This document shows, piece after piece, positions 9,401 through 17,936 of a stretch of 64,000 nt of DNA. The stretch is taken from NCBI GenBank assembly GCA_964408705.1, contig CAYPAI010000003.1:5382-69381 (forward strand). Direction: 5' to 3'. The notes under the pieces are model-generated. The model saw nothing but the letters and a program-made list of their open reading frames with translations, had not been told where the DNA came from and made no database searches. This DNA comes from Candidatus Woesearchaeota archaeon. GTDB lineage: Archaea > Nanobdellota > Nanobdellia > SCGC-AAA011-G17 > PNOQ01. Made by a program: the position numbers and the translations under genes. Numbering within the stretch: position 1 is the first letter of the stretch; every line of letters starts with the position of its first letter.

Positions 9401-10609
9401 AAAGTTAGCACTAGTTATAACTGGCCTGATTTAAACTCTATTTATTTAGAAATTCAAACTGATGAGGATGCTAAGTGTAAATATAGTAAACAAAGTAATT
9501 CGGATTTTGATATGATGGATTCTTTAGACTTTGAAGGAGGGATACATTATTCCTTGACCCATAATACAAATATTACTTTTACAGAGTTTGATAAAACTGG
9601 GGGAGACGTAGTTATTTATCTAAAATGTGAAGATATTAATGGAAATGTTCATACTGCTGGTGATGATTTTAATACTGTTGAATTTAGTTTTGGGGAGAGG
9701 CCCGACGAGTTACCCCCTGAAGTCATAGTTAAATCTCCTTCAAATGGTGCATTTTTGCCTGATACAGTGAGCACAATAGATTGGGTTCTTAATGTATATG
9801 ATAATAATGATATATCTGGTTGTAGATATACTCAAGATAACAGTACTCTTTATTCAGATATGGAATATGATTTTGAGTATAAAGGTTCAACTTCTTGTGC
9901 AGGTACTAATTATGGTTGCCAAGAGTATGACGCTAGCGTTATTTTAGAAGATTATGAAAGTTTAAATATAACCCAACTTGTTGATTATGGTGCTGGAAGT
10001 TTAAATTATAATTTTTATTTTAGTTGTATAGATGGATCTGGAAATGACAATAATCCACCTTATGGATATGCTTTTAATATTGTCCCAGGTTTTGATGTAA
10101 ATATAACTTCACCGGTTAATGGTTCAGAAATATATGAAATTAGTCCTGAGATAGTTGTTGAGACTTCAACTTCTGCATCGTGTAGTTATGAAATTGATGG
10201 AGTAGAATATGACTTTGAATATGGAGATTCTTTGTTAACTAATTTACATTCGATTTTCCACTCTGGAAATCTTACTGGAAGTCCTGCAGGAGTTTCACAT
10301 ATACTAACTGTAGGTTGTAATGATTTGGCTTATAACGAAGCTACTGATCAAATAGTTTTTGAGGTTATTCAAGATTTAGTTTCCCCTAATTTAGTTAGAT
10401 TATATACTTATAATGGGAAATTATGGTTAGTTTTAGATGAGGAATCTTCGTGTAGCTTTACAACTTTAGAAAATGATCAACCTGTAGATATGGTGAGTAT
10501 GTATGGTGAAGATAAATACTTTACAGATTTGATAGATGGAGTTGATTTGTATTATATAACTTGTGAAGATGTGTGGGAAAATGAAGCAAGTTTTACGATC
10601 TATCCATAA
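6470..10609 (+). CDS. Large (1379 aa) secreted Cys-rich protein with central hydrophobic region and C-terminal Ig-like repeats
   Basis: Sec-type signal peptide (..PKSVSA/EV); dense CC/CxxC modules; C-terminal beta-rich repeats beginning DVNPP/DELPP/DLVSP. Function unknown. Confidence 0.75.
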   Translation: MLGKNKKRMAVFMIWLVIFSFFNFIAIAPKSVSAEVPYCCVQTEEDDNGNREYCVSSEDSDDFGELQCDGTPVYGSNCADANAPQDCALETCIPILGDSCLSNYPKVKCLNEGGVSDPGNKENIAECRLGCCDLGGSCTIVEQNECLGSHDSGITNQVSCSLSCSPSQLGCCEMVGSCSFTNLGDCNINDPSVVFHQDRNCNEVTSCAARADSNSYLGCGDSGLEQHSEHSVYWYDSEGNRESIPTSGVNYVGPSGDIISTGDGACGYPDYTCEDPDGLGVGQGAYCKSTACLLEGDCTNCNPTEFLHGETICLNPWGGHFTNEARSKEIKGFVLECNSGQIVEPTDVFSRSDFVCVNGEKTFNDITRKTARKISNEYEKCLDCGDGGWSILDTISYVPGFGGLIQGTFGLLGFDDLVCTSGSGWDILGADFTGTKCEDVGKTSDGIQMCEYDHDFYAPIGSCNPVSPPEGNRCDLCGKGGDKYTNICTMEECNVLGDCTFEPQTVNIESALAAGALSFGTAVSIYTGWWVGCKAASALGFTGCEAPPSWATPAELWYGTDKVALSVFGLDVTTSAIYWMIFGLVVDITGELTNEEEQYVSILADEDGSINLARALTVVNTVSTESGIEYHWIWKRLLGSLSAEVFNPNLIGELMLSAKLHKIYENIITRAIEEGYGQMGYLFVGQPCNAACANAMAEEVVNAAAEQGIEISHETALEGFKEIATFHGTPATPLIPEIPAIPGTSALGEFTDASGNIITSNTPETTVTWTETIPADPATSTPALGNLVDADGTVLSSDVAQTTVTWTETTPAVAGTSAVPEVPAADAIAPGADSISDAAETAADASADVADDAVKSQLGTWTKHILRTVGAIIHVVSTANSLKPGKCVAETPYVGNEKCENCGGAEGQWYCSQERCDVLGAVNNQCKYLQGEGFEDSKCVSLDHSDVNPPQITRISAQLFDSLGDYVETKEVTSNSLKVSTSYNWPDLNSIYLEIQTDEDAKCKYSKQSNSDFDMMDSLDFEGGIHYSLTHNTNITFTEFDKTGGDVVIYLKCEDINGNVHTAGDDFNTVEFSFGERPDELPPEVIVKSPSNGAFLPDTVSTIDWVLNVYDNNDISGCRYTQDNSTLYSDMEYDFEYKGSTSCAGTNYGCQEYDASVILEDYESLNITQLVDYGAGSLNYNFYFSCIDGSGNDNNPPYGYAFNIVPGFDVNITSPVNGSEIYEISPEIVVETSTSASCSYEIDGVEYDFEYGDSLLTNLHSIFHSGNLTGSPAGVSHILTVGCNDLAYNEATDQIVFEVIQDLVSPNLVRLYTYNGKLWLVLDEESSCSFTTLENDQPVDMVSMYGEDKYFTDLIDGVDLYYITCEDVWENEASFTIYP

Positions 10610-10610
10610 G

Positions 10611-11111
10611 ATGGAAAAAGGACAATTAATAGGGCAGCCTTTAGTTTTTTTATTTTATTTAATTGCTGCAAGTTTGATTTTATTTGTAGGAATTAAGGCA
10701 GTTACTTCATTAAATTGTTATAATGATAAAATAGAATATTATGATTTTATAAGGAGATTTGAGAGTAGAATCAGTACAATTAATAATGATGCAGTAGGAA
10801 GTAGGTTATCATTAAAGGAATTAAATTTACCTTCTAAATTTGATTATATTTGTTTTTTTGAAGATTCACAGAATTTAGATTTAGTAGAGAATTATAAATT
10901 AAGATTATTAATTGAAACTAGTATGAATCAAAATGATCCTCCTAATATGTTCGTTTATTCTTCTGATGCTTGCAGTGACTTTGAAGTAATGGTTGAAAAG
11001 ATTAAAGATTTGAATATAGGTGAAAATTTTTGTGATTCACTTACAGATAGATCTTTTAATGCTGTCCTTGAATCTATCCCAGGTGAAGTTAATATATCAA
11101 AATCTATTTAA
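10611..11111 (+). CDS. Class III signal-peptide (pilin-like) protein
   Basis: ATG at 10611 directly after the upstream stop gives MEKGQ + hydrophobic helix. Confidence 0.65.
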   Translation: MEKGQLIGQPLVFLFYLIAASLILFVGIKAVTSLNCYNDKIEYYDFIRRFESRISTINNDAVGSRLSLKELNLPSKFDYICFFEDSQNLDLVENYKLRLLIETSMNQNDPPNMFVYSSDACSDFEVMVEKIKDLNIGENFCDSLTDRSFNAVLESIPGEVNISKSI

Positions 11112-11133
11112 ATTACTTAATTAAAAATTGAGT

Positions 11134-11985
11134 ATGGAAAAGGGAGGACAAGGTATACAGTTTAATTGGATTTTTATTATTATTGCAGGAGGTTTAATTT
11201 TAATTTTTTTTATGTTTTTTATTAATAATTATTATGATCTTCATAAATTGAAAGTTGGGTCTGAAACTGCAAGGGGATTGGATCAGGTTTTTTTAAGTGC
11301 TAAATCCACTCCTCAATACAAAAATTTTGATTTGAAAGGAAATGAATTTGATTTAAATTTTGAGTGTGGTTTTTTTGTAGTAAATGATGAGTATAGGCAG
11401 GAAACAGATTATGTTGTGTTTGGGGAGGACTTAACTGAGGTGAGCGAATTAGTAATTTGGTCTAAAGAGTTTAAAAAACCATTTAATGTTGATAATGTGT
11501 TGTATGTTTTAGATGTAAGAAAAAAAGTTTATGTCGAAGGGAATCTAGATTTTTTAAAAGGTTTTCCTGAAGATATAGAGGTTGTTTCTAATGTTAATGA
11601 TGCAGAACTTGTTGTATTTTTTGATTATTGTCCTCCTGGGTATGAGAATAAGAAGAAAGTGTGCATTGTTGATGATAAAATAATTTTTGAGAATAATGTA
11701 TACCCTTATTATGATGATATCTTAGTGTATGCTATTCTATTTTCAGATCTCACTAGTTTTGAATGTGGAGTTACTCAACTCGAGAATAAATGGTCAAATC
11801 TTTTCAAGATATACTCTAAGAAAATAGATTTTATGTCAGGGTGTAGTTCACATTCTAATATCTTAAAATCTGAGTTGGATTCTGCCTTGAGCCAGGTGCT
11901 AAGTGGAGAAGGTATTTTTAATGAAGAGGAAATAATTTATGCTAACAGGAATTTAGCTAACCTTGGTTGCGGGGTGGTATTTTGA
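11134..11985 (+). CDS. Class III signal-peptide (pilin-like) protein
   Basis: MEKGGQGIQFNWIFIIIAGGLILIFF N-terminus. Confidence 0.6.
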   Translation: MEKGGQGIQFNWIFIIIAGGLILIFFMFFINNYYDLHKLKVGSETARGLDQVFLSAKSTPQYKNFDLKGNEFDLNFECGFFVVNDEYRQETDYVVFGEDLTEVSELVIWSKEFKKPFNVDNVLYVLDVRKKVYVEGNLDFLKGFPEDIEVVSNVNDAELVVFFDYCPPGYENKKKVCIVDDKIIFENNVYPYYDDILVYAILFSDLTSFECGVTQLENKWSNLFKIYSKKIDFMSGCSSHSNILKSELDSALSQVLSGEGIFNEEEIIYANRNLANLGCGVVF

Positions 11986-12419
11986 AAAAAGGACAAGTTC
12001 AAATACAAGAAACTACTCTTGTAATATTTATTTTTACTGTTATAGTCGGCTTAGGTTTGATTGGTTTTTACAAGTTTAGTATTAATAACATAGAAGATTT
12101 AGATATGAAGTACCAGGAAAATAAATTTAAACAATTAGTTGATGTTATACCAAATCTTTCTGAATTAAAATTATCTCAATTAGGAGTTGAGTCTGAGCCT
12201 TGTGTGGATTTAATTAAGGCTCAAATATTTAAGGAGATGCAAGAAGAATATGATTTCGGTTTTAAAAAAATACAAATTGTTGGTTCAACCCCGGTAATTA
12301 TATACGAGAAAAAGAAAGATTCAGATAGTTTAAGAAAGTATAGTTCTCCTATCTGCACATATGACCCCTACACCAAGAGGTTTGAAGTTGCAAAATTAGA
12401 GGTGGATTGGTATGTCTAA
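11982..12419 (+). CDS. Class III signal-peptide (pilin-like) protein
   Basis: TTG start overlapping the upstream TGA, preceded by GGGGTGG SD-like motif; MKKGQVQIQETTLVIFIF. Confidence 0.65.
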   Translation: MKKGQVQIQETTLVIFIFTVIVGLGLIGFYKFSINNIEDLDMKYQENKFKQLVDVIPNLSELKLSQLGVESEPCVDLIKAQIFKEMQEEYDFGFKKIQIVGSTPVIIYEKKKDSDSLRKYSSPICTYDPYTKRFEVAKLEVDWYV

Positions 12420-12831
12420 AAAAGGACAAGTTGAAACGTTAGGTTTAGTTGTGATAATTATATTAATTTTATTTTTAGGTTTAATATTTTTAAGGTATTC
12501 AGGAAATAATGATGATCCTATCGACGATAAGTTTTTATCCCTAAAAGCTAATAATTTTCTTAGTGCAATTAAACAGTTAAGTATAGGTAATTATAATTTT
12601 GAGTATTATGTTTCTGATTGTTGCGTAGGTAATCCAAACTCTTGTAATAAAGTTAATGAGGCAGTTCTATCTTCTAAAGAATATTTGGAAGAGGATGCAG
12701 ATTTTAAATTAACTTGTTTTTCAGGAGTAGTTTATGATTTTAACATGGGAAATTGTGATTTTTATGTAAATTCTGAGACGTTTGTATTATCATCAGGAGA
12801 TAAGATATCTTTAAGAATATGTAGAATTTAG
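12412..12831 (+). CDS. Class III signal-peptide (pilin-like) protein
   Basis: MSKKGQVETLGLVVIIILILFLGL; GAGGTGG SD upstream. Confidence 0.7.
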   Translation: MSKKGQVETLGLVVIIILILFLGLIFLRYSGNNDDPIDDKFLSLKANNFLSAIKQLSIGNYNFEYYVSDCCVGNPNSCNKVNEAVLSSKEYLEEDADFKLTCFSGVVYDFNMGNCDFYVNSETFVLSSGDKISLRICRI

Positions 12832-12861
12832 TATTTTTGCTATTTGGGGCCCTTATTGCCC

Positions 12862-13049
12862 AAATTTAGCTAAATTTAGCCTGTTTTATTTACTCAAATG
12901 TATAAATGCTTATAAAGGGAAAATTTACGTAAAATAACTAGAAAAAACTTAGTTAGACGACGGTATATTGACTAAAAGTGATGACAGTAATGTTGATGCA
13001 AAAAGAGGTGATAAAAATAATATTAAAAACAATTAAACACGTGGAGGTG
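12862..13049 (+). promoter_or_regulatory. S-layer promoter/leader region: palindrome, TATA-like boxes, strong SD
   Basis: Perfect palindrome AAATTTAGCTAAATTT (12862-12877); TATAAA elements at ~12901 and ~12911; GGAGGTG at 13043-13049, 9 nt before the ATG. Confidence 0.55.
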
Positions 13050-13058
13050 TTTTGATTA

Positions 13059-15131
13059 ATGAAACAATTTATTAGAAAAGTTTCAGCTGTTGGTACTAGC
13101 GTAGCAATGTTAGGAATGACAGTTGGAGGCGCTGTGGCTGCAGATCTAGCAGATATGCCTGCTCCTTTCGTAGCAGATAATTCTTATGTTAGTACAGCTA
13201 TGGTTATTGGTAGTTCAAGTGATACTGCCGCTAGAAATACGTTAAAGACGTACTTCGACGGATTTGTTGAATCAAGTACTGCTGTTGGAGATGTTACTTC
13301 AAGTACAGATGAAGAAAAGATATATGTAGGTGAAAATCTTCTTGCAGAGTTTTCATCAACCTTAGATGATGGAGATTTAGATGGTCTATGGGACGATTCA
13401 ATCTCTTTTGAAGGTGAAAGCCTTGAAACTTCAGAAATTATTGAAGTTACAGGTAATGTTTACTTAACTACTTCAGGTGTTGAAAATGAAGAAGAATTAA
13501 GCGATAAAGTTGCTACATATACAAATGCATCAAATAGTTGGGCTTACAGATACACATTCGATGAAGATTTCAATGACACAGTTACAAGTTCAGATGAACT
13601 TAAAGTTGACTTTTTAGGTAAAGAACTTAGAATAACTAGTTTCACTGCTTCAAACAATAAAGTAGAATTTACTACAGGTGCTGATTATTCCTTAGGACAA
13701 GATTCTTCTGTTGCAGTAGGTGGACACACAGTTTATGTTGGAACTATCTTTGAATCTAAAGTTGAAATTTGGGCAGACAATGAAGATCATAAGTTTTTAT
13801 CAGATGGTGATGAAGAGACTTTCGATATAGGAAATGATCAAGTTGAAGTTAAAGTTGAAGACATAGGTTATACTGATGATGTAGCTTCAAGAACAGTTCT
13901 TGTAACTGTTGGTGAAGATATTACTACTTCAGTAAAAGATGATGACGCAGTTCAAACTGAGTTAGGTTCACCTGATGTTGATGATGATAACGACGATGCA
14001 GAGTGGAATTGGCATAATTCAATTACTAGAGATGGTGCACTTACTGCAGGAGATTACATCGGAATTCAATTCCATCAAAAGATGAATAATTACGATGACG
14101 ATCCAGCGCCATTAGGTAGTGGAGAAAGCATGTCTACACCATTCGGTTATTTGACACTAGATTTCGATGTTCCAGAACAAACCTACGATCAATATACTAT
14201 TGAGTTTGAACAAAACTACGATATCGATCATGGTGATGTTGATGAAGTACACGTTGTCTTGATTACTGCTAATGACGGAACTAGTAGTAATGAAGGAATT
14301 AGTATTGACGGAACTGACACTGCAAAACTAGCAGTATTGGATAATGGTTCAATATACTATGAAGATAACGATGGAGACTGGCAACCAGGATCAGTAGATG
14401 CAGGAAACTATTCTACTGGAAATTTATATCTTGAATCTGGAACAGGAACTACTAAAAAACTAGGATTGCTAAAAGCAAACGGAACTACTGGTATGGGTAG
14501 AGAAGGATTTATTCCTGGCGGATTAGGAGCTCTTAAGTTAGAAGATACAGAGTCTGGTGATGACGGTAGTATAACTGGAGATATTACATTTAATGTTTCA
14601 GTTAATTCTACACAGTTAGGTGAAACTGCTGAAGATTCAGATAGCGGAGACGTACAATATCAAAGAAACAGTGCTTACATTGGTACTGGTGGATGGGATG
14701 ATGGAGACATGGTAACTGCTTATGGTACTAAGTTTGTAAACTTAGAATCAAACTCAGATAATGACCAAGTTGTATTCTATTTGCCTTCTGAAGAATTGTA
14801 TGCAGATTACTCTTTTAGTTTAAGAGGATCTAGTAGTTCTTCAAGTACTGAAGCTGATTTGGTAACTGCTAGTGAAGATACATCAGGATACAGTAACTTA
14901 GTTCTTGTTGGTGGTCCTGCTGTTAACAGTGTAACTGCTAGCTTTATGGGTAAATCTTTCCCTAGTTACGGAGATGCATCTGGAATTGCTGCAGATACTG
15001 CATTAGTTCAACTTGTAGAACAAGCTGGACAAACTGCATTGATTGTAGCTGGTTGGGAAACTGCAGATACTCAAAGAGGAGCTAGTGCTGTAGCTGCAGG
15101 TGGATTGACTGGTTCAAGTCATATAGCGTAA
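13059..15131 (+). CDS. S-layer protein (Methanococcales/Thermococcales-like N/C-terminal domains)
   Basis: Signal peptide followed by ADLADMPAPFV; C-terminal NLVLVGGPAVN...LIVAGWETADT; very acidic; at least 7 N-x-S/T sequons. Confidence 0.88.
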   Translation: MKQFIRKVSAVGTSVAMLGMTVGGAVAADLADMPAPFVADNSYVSTAMVIGSSSDTAARNTLKTYFDGFVESSTAVGDVTSSTDEEKIYVGENLLAEFSSTLDDGDLDGLWDDSISFEGESLETSEIIEVTGNVYLTTSGVENEEELSDKVATYTNASNSWAYRYTFDEDFNDTVTSSDELKVDFLGKELRITSFTASNNKVEFTTGADYSLGQDSSVAVGGHTVYVGTIFESKVEIWADNEDHKFLSDGDEETFDIGNDQVEVKVEDIGYTDDVASRTVLVTVGEDITTSVKDDDAVQTELGSPDVDDDNDDAEWNWHNSITRDGALTAGDYIGIQFHQKMNNYDDDPAPLGSGESMSTPFGYLTLDFDVPEQTYDQYTIEFEQNYDIDHGDVDEVHVVLITANDGTSSNEGISIDGTDTAKLAVLDNGSIYYEDNDGDWQPGSVDAGNYSTGNLYLESGTGTTKKLGLLKANGTTGMGREGFIPGGLGALKLEDTESGDDGSITGDITFNVSVNSTQLGETAEDSDSGDVQYQRNSAYIGTGGWDDGDMVTAYGTKFVNLESNSDNDQVVFYLPSEELYADYSFSLRGSSSSSSTEADLVTASEDTSGYSNLVLVGGPAVNSVTASFMGKSFPSYGDASGIAADTALVQLVEQAGQTALIVAGWETADTQRGASAVAAGGLTGSSHIA

Positions 15132-15168
15132 AGGAATTAATTCCTTTATTTTTTCTTTTTCTTTTTTT
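15129..15168 (+). terminator. Putative terminator of the S-layer gene
   Basis: 20-bp perfect palindrome TAAAGGAATTAATTCCTTTA (15129-15148) followed by a T-rich tract. Confidence 0.7.
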
Positions 15169-15207
15169 AACAAAAGTTTTTTAACTTAATTGGTTCTCTA
15201 AATATAT

Positions 15208-15693
15208 ATGTCAAAGTCCAAAGAACAAAGAAATAAAATTATTTTTGGATTATTTATCATTTTTTTGATGGTAAGTAGTACTGCAGGATTCATTTATTCA
15301 GGAGGTTCAACTCAAAAAATAAATGGATTTAAATTCACTAATGTAGGGGATGGTTGGCAAGTTTGGATAGAAGAACTAAACTCTTACCTTATTTTTAGAT
15401 ATCTTCCAAATGAAATAAATTTTGATTTTGATTTTTTAGATAATAGCTCTAAGTTTAAAATATTAAATAAAAATTGGGATCAATCTTCTTTGGAAAAGTT
15501 GAGAACTGCTCTACTCTTTAGAAGTATTCAAACTGAGATTATTGATGATTTAAATTGTGAGGAGTATACTCTTGTGTTAAATAATCTTTATTCTGATTTA
15601 GTATTAACTAAAGAACAAAAATGTTTTTATATTGAAGGAGATTCATTAAAGTTTGTGGAAGGAGTTATTTACAAAGTGTTTAAGGTTATATGA
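15208..15693 (+). CDS. Membrane-anchored hypothetical protein
   Basis: N-terminal TM (IIFGLFIIFLMVSSTAGF); 'KINGFKF..GWQ...FRYLP' ectodomain start. Confidence 0.6.
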   Translation: MSKSKEQRNKIIFGLFIIFLMVSSTAGFIYSGGSTQKINGFKFTNVGDGWQVWIEELNSYLIFRYLPNEINFDFDFLDNSSKFKILNKNWDQSSLEKLRTALLFRSIQTEIIDDLNCEEYTLVLNNLYSDLVLTKEQKCFYIEGDSLKFVEGVIYKVFKVI

Positions 15694-16337
15694 TGAAAAC
15701 TAATTTAAAACTTTTAGGACTATTCTTGTTGTTTTTATTTTCTTTTTTAGTTTTTACTAATCAAACTAGTAATCTATCTGAAGATGAAATTTTAACTAGT
15801 TATGAATATACTCATGCAGGAAGAACTTTTGAGTTTAATATAACTGAAATTAATGATAATACTAGGCATGTTTTGAATTATAAATATGTAAAAGGAAATT
15901 TTAATAGATTTGCATCAATCCCTTTTAGATATTCACCTTACGATTTAGAATATATGTATATGGAAGAGTTATCTGAATTTATACTTAACTCAGAAGTTAT
16001 TTACATAAGTAGAGATCACTCTTTAGAGGAATTAACAGATAGTAAAGATGGTATTGCAATGTTAACTTTAGCTAGGGTTTTAGATAGCGAGATGGATCCA
16101 GATATTTATGAATTTCCCTTAGCTATTGCTTTAACTTCTTATGTTGAAGGTATTCATTCTCCTATAGTTGGATGTGAGTATAGTAATCCTGAAGCAAGAG
16201 TTATAGAGTTAAGAGTTGGAAATAAAGATGCAGTATACAAAGAAGGAGAATATTGTGTTGTTATGGAGTTTGAAGAAGGAACAGATCCAATTAAAGTTGC
16301 TACAAAACTTACTTATCATGTCTTGGGTGTGATGTAG
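15690..16337 (+). CDS. Membrane-anchored hypothetical protein
   Basis: N-terminal TM; PFRYSP motif and Cys pair echo the preceding gene; ATGA overlap. Confidence 0.6.
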   Translation: MMKTNLKLLGLFLLFLFSFLVFTNQTSNLSEDEILTSYEYTHAGRTFEFNITEINDNTRHVLNYKYVKGNFNRFASIPFRYSPYDLEYMYMEELSEFILNSEVIYISRDHSLEELTDSKDGIAMLTLARVLDSEMDPDIYEFPLAIALTSYVEGIHSPIVGCEYSNPEARVIELRVGNKDAVYKEGEYCVVMEFEEGTDPIKVATKLTYHVLGVM

Positions 16338-16377
16338 ATACAAAGATTTTTAAAGAATATTTCTTCTTTTTTTTTAT

Positions 16378-16460
16378 GCCGAGATCGCATAATCTGGTAT
16401 TGCACCGGCCTTGAAAGCCGGGCCCGAAAGGGCATCTGGGTTCAAATCCCAGTCTCGGCG
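16378..16460 (+). tRNA. tRNA-Ser (anticodon TGA)
   Basis: Acceptor GCCGAGA/TCTCGGC; anticodon arm CCGGC-CT TGA AA-GCCGG; long variable arm GCCCGAAAGGGC; GGTTCAAATCC T-arm; G discriminator; no encoded CCA. Confidence 0.95.
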
Positions 16461-16463
16461 TAT

Positions 16464-17936
16464 TTATTTAATAGTTATAGCTCCTTGGCAGAATGTTTTT
16501 GCGTAGTTTAATTTTTCCTTAGATTCAGAGTATATTGTAAACACAGTTTCATTTTTTTTAATTTTATCCTTTAGTTTTTTATGTAAATATATTCCTGCAG
16601 CTTTTTCAGAAGGAGCTCCAGCAATTCTTGCTATCTTAGTAATTTTTTTGTTATCTATTTCAATTATAGCTCCATGCTTTTTTGATTTAATGTCTACAGT
16701 GTATTTACCTAAGTGTATATTTTCAGGCTCTATCGTAGATTTACCACCTTGTGCTTTTATTATTTCCTTCATTTTAGAATATGCCTTTCCTGACTCTAAG
16801 ATTTCTCTTGCAGAAGCTTTTGTTTTGGCTAATTTGAGTAGTTTGTCTGCCATAATTATAGATTTTTCTTCTAAATCTTTTGGTGCACCTGGATGTCTTT
16901 TGAGGATGTATAATACATCTCTAGCTTCTAAATTTGGTCCAACACCGTTTCCAATTGGTTCCATTCCGTTTGTGATGATTACTTTTGTTTTCATGTTTAG
17001 TTTTTTACCTAAGTTTATGAATTTTTTACTTAATTTTTTGGCCCTTAACCTTGTTGGAATTTTTGCAGTTTTTCCAATAGGGATGTCTATTAATACGTGT
17101 GTCGATCCAACACTAGCTTTTTTTGCCATTATTGAAGAAAGCATTAATCCTTCTGGATCTAGCCTTAAGGGGTATCTTACTTTGATCAATTTATCGTCTG
17201 CTCCTGCTAGTTCCATCGCACCACCCCATATTATACATCCATTTGTTTTTTTTACTATCTGTTTTATTTTTTTTGAAGTAAAACTTACCTTGGCAAGAGT
17301 CTCCATGGTGTCTGCAGTTCCTGCTGCACTAGTGATAGATCTTGAACTACTTTTTGCCATAATAACTCCTGCTGCTGCAAGAATTGGTGTAATGAGCATA
17401 GTAGTTCTGTTATTAGGTATGCCTCCAAGGCAATGTTTATCTGCAACTATTTTTTTACCAAAATTTAATTTTTTTCCACCTTTAAGAACTGAGTTAGTGA
17501 AATTTACTGTTTCTTCTTGAGAAAGACCATTATGATAACATCCAGAAACGAAATAAGCAAGTTCAGTTTCTGTTAAGTCATTTTCACTTAAGTCTTTTAC
17601 TAATATTTCTATCTCATCTTTAGATAGTTTCTTCCCATCTAATTTATTTTTGATTAATTCTATAGATCTAGGTGTATGTGTTGGTTTGACCCTAATTTTA
17701 GTCCCTACACCTGGTTTAATTATATCAACTACTTCTTGAAATAATCCTATTGTACCTTTTCTAATGGTTCCAGAGAGGTCAGATATATTTACTGATACAA
17801 TTATTTCTTTTTTTCCTTTTTTTAATAGAATTCTATCTGCTGCCTGTACATCTAACTCTTCTGCATCTTCATGATTTAATGCTGCAACTAAAGTTCCGCC
17901 TGTTGCAACGTTTAATTCTTTAACCTTCAGTCGCAT
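16464..17936 (-). CDS. deoA: AMP phosphorylase (thymidine phosphorylase family)
   Basis: N-terminal double-psi barrel-like extension; DKHCLGGIPNNRT, KSSSRSITSAAGTAD, PIGNGVGPNLEA, AGAPSEKAAG. Confidence 0.92.
   Translation of the reverse strand: MRLKVKELNVATGGTLVAALNHEDAEELDVQAADRILLKKGKKEIIVSVNISDLSGTIRKGTIGLFQEVVDIIKPGVGTKIRVKPTHTPRSIELIKNKLDGKKLSKDEIEILVKDLSENDLTETELAYFVSGCYHNGLSQEETVNFTNSVLKGGKKLNFGKKIVADKHCLGGIPNNRTTMLITPILAAAGVIMAKSSSRSITSAAGTADTMETLAKVSFTSKKIKQIVKKTNGCIIWGGAMELAGADDKLIKVRYPLRLDPEGLMLSSIMAKKASVGSTHVLIDIPIGKTAKIPTRLRAKKLSKKFINLGKKLNMKTKVIITNGMEPIGNGVGPNLEARDVLYILKRHPGAPKDLEEKSIIMADKLLKLAKTKASAREILESGKAYSKMKEIIKAQGGKSTIEPENIHLGKYTVDIKSKKHGAIIEIDNKKITKIARIAGAPSEKAAGIYLHKKLKDKIKKNETVFTIYSESKEKLNYAKTFCQGAITIK

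Noticed and set aside
16378..16460. tRNA with long variable arm and 'TGA' in the anticodon loop as a possible tRNA-Sec or opal suppressor
   Set aside because: Anticodon TGA reads UCA (Ser); Sec needs anticodon TCA. The 7-bp acceptor stem and G73 fit ordinary tRNA-Ser, and TGA, TAG and TAA all terminate conserved genes here, so there is no sign of recoding.
16648..17520. 290-aa plus-strand ORF and similar long antisense ORFs (e.g. 34603-35226, 37356-37838, 59785-60468)
   Set aside because: Shadow frames opposite well-supported genes; Ile/Phe/Ser-rich with no motifs.
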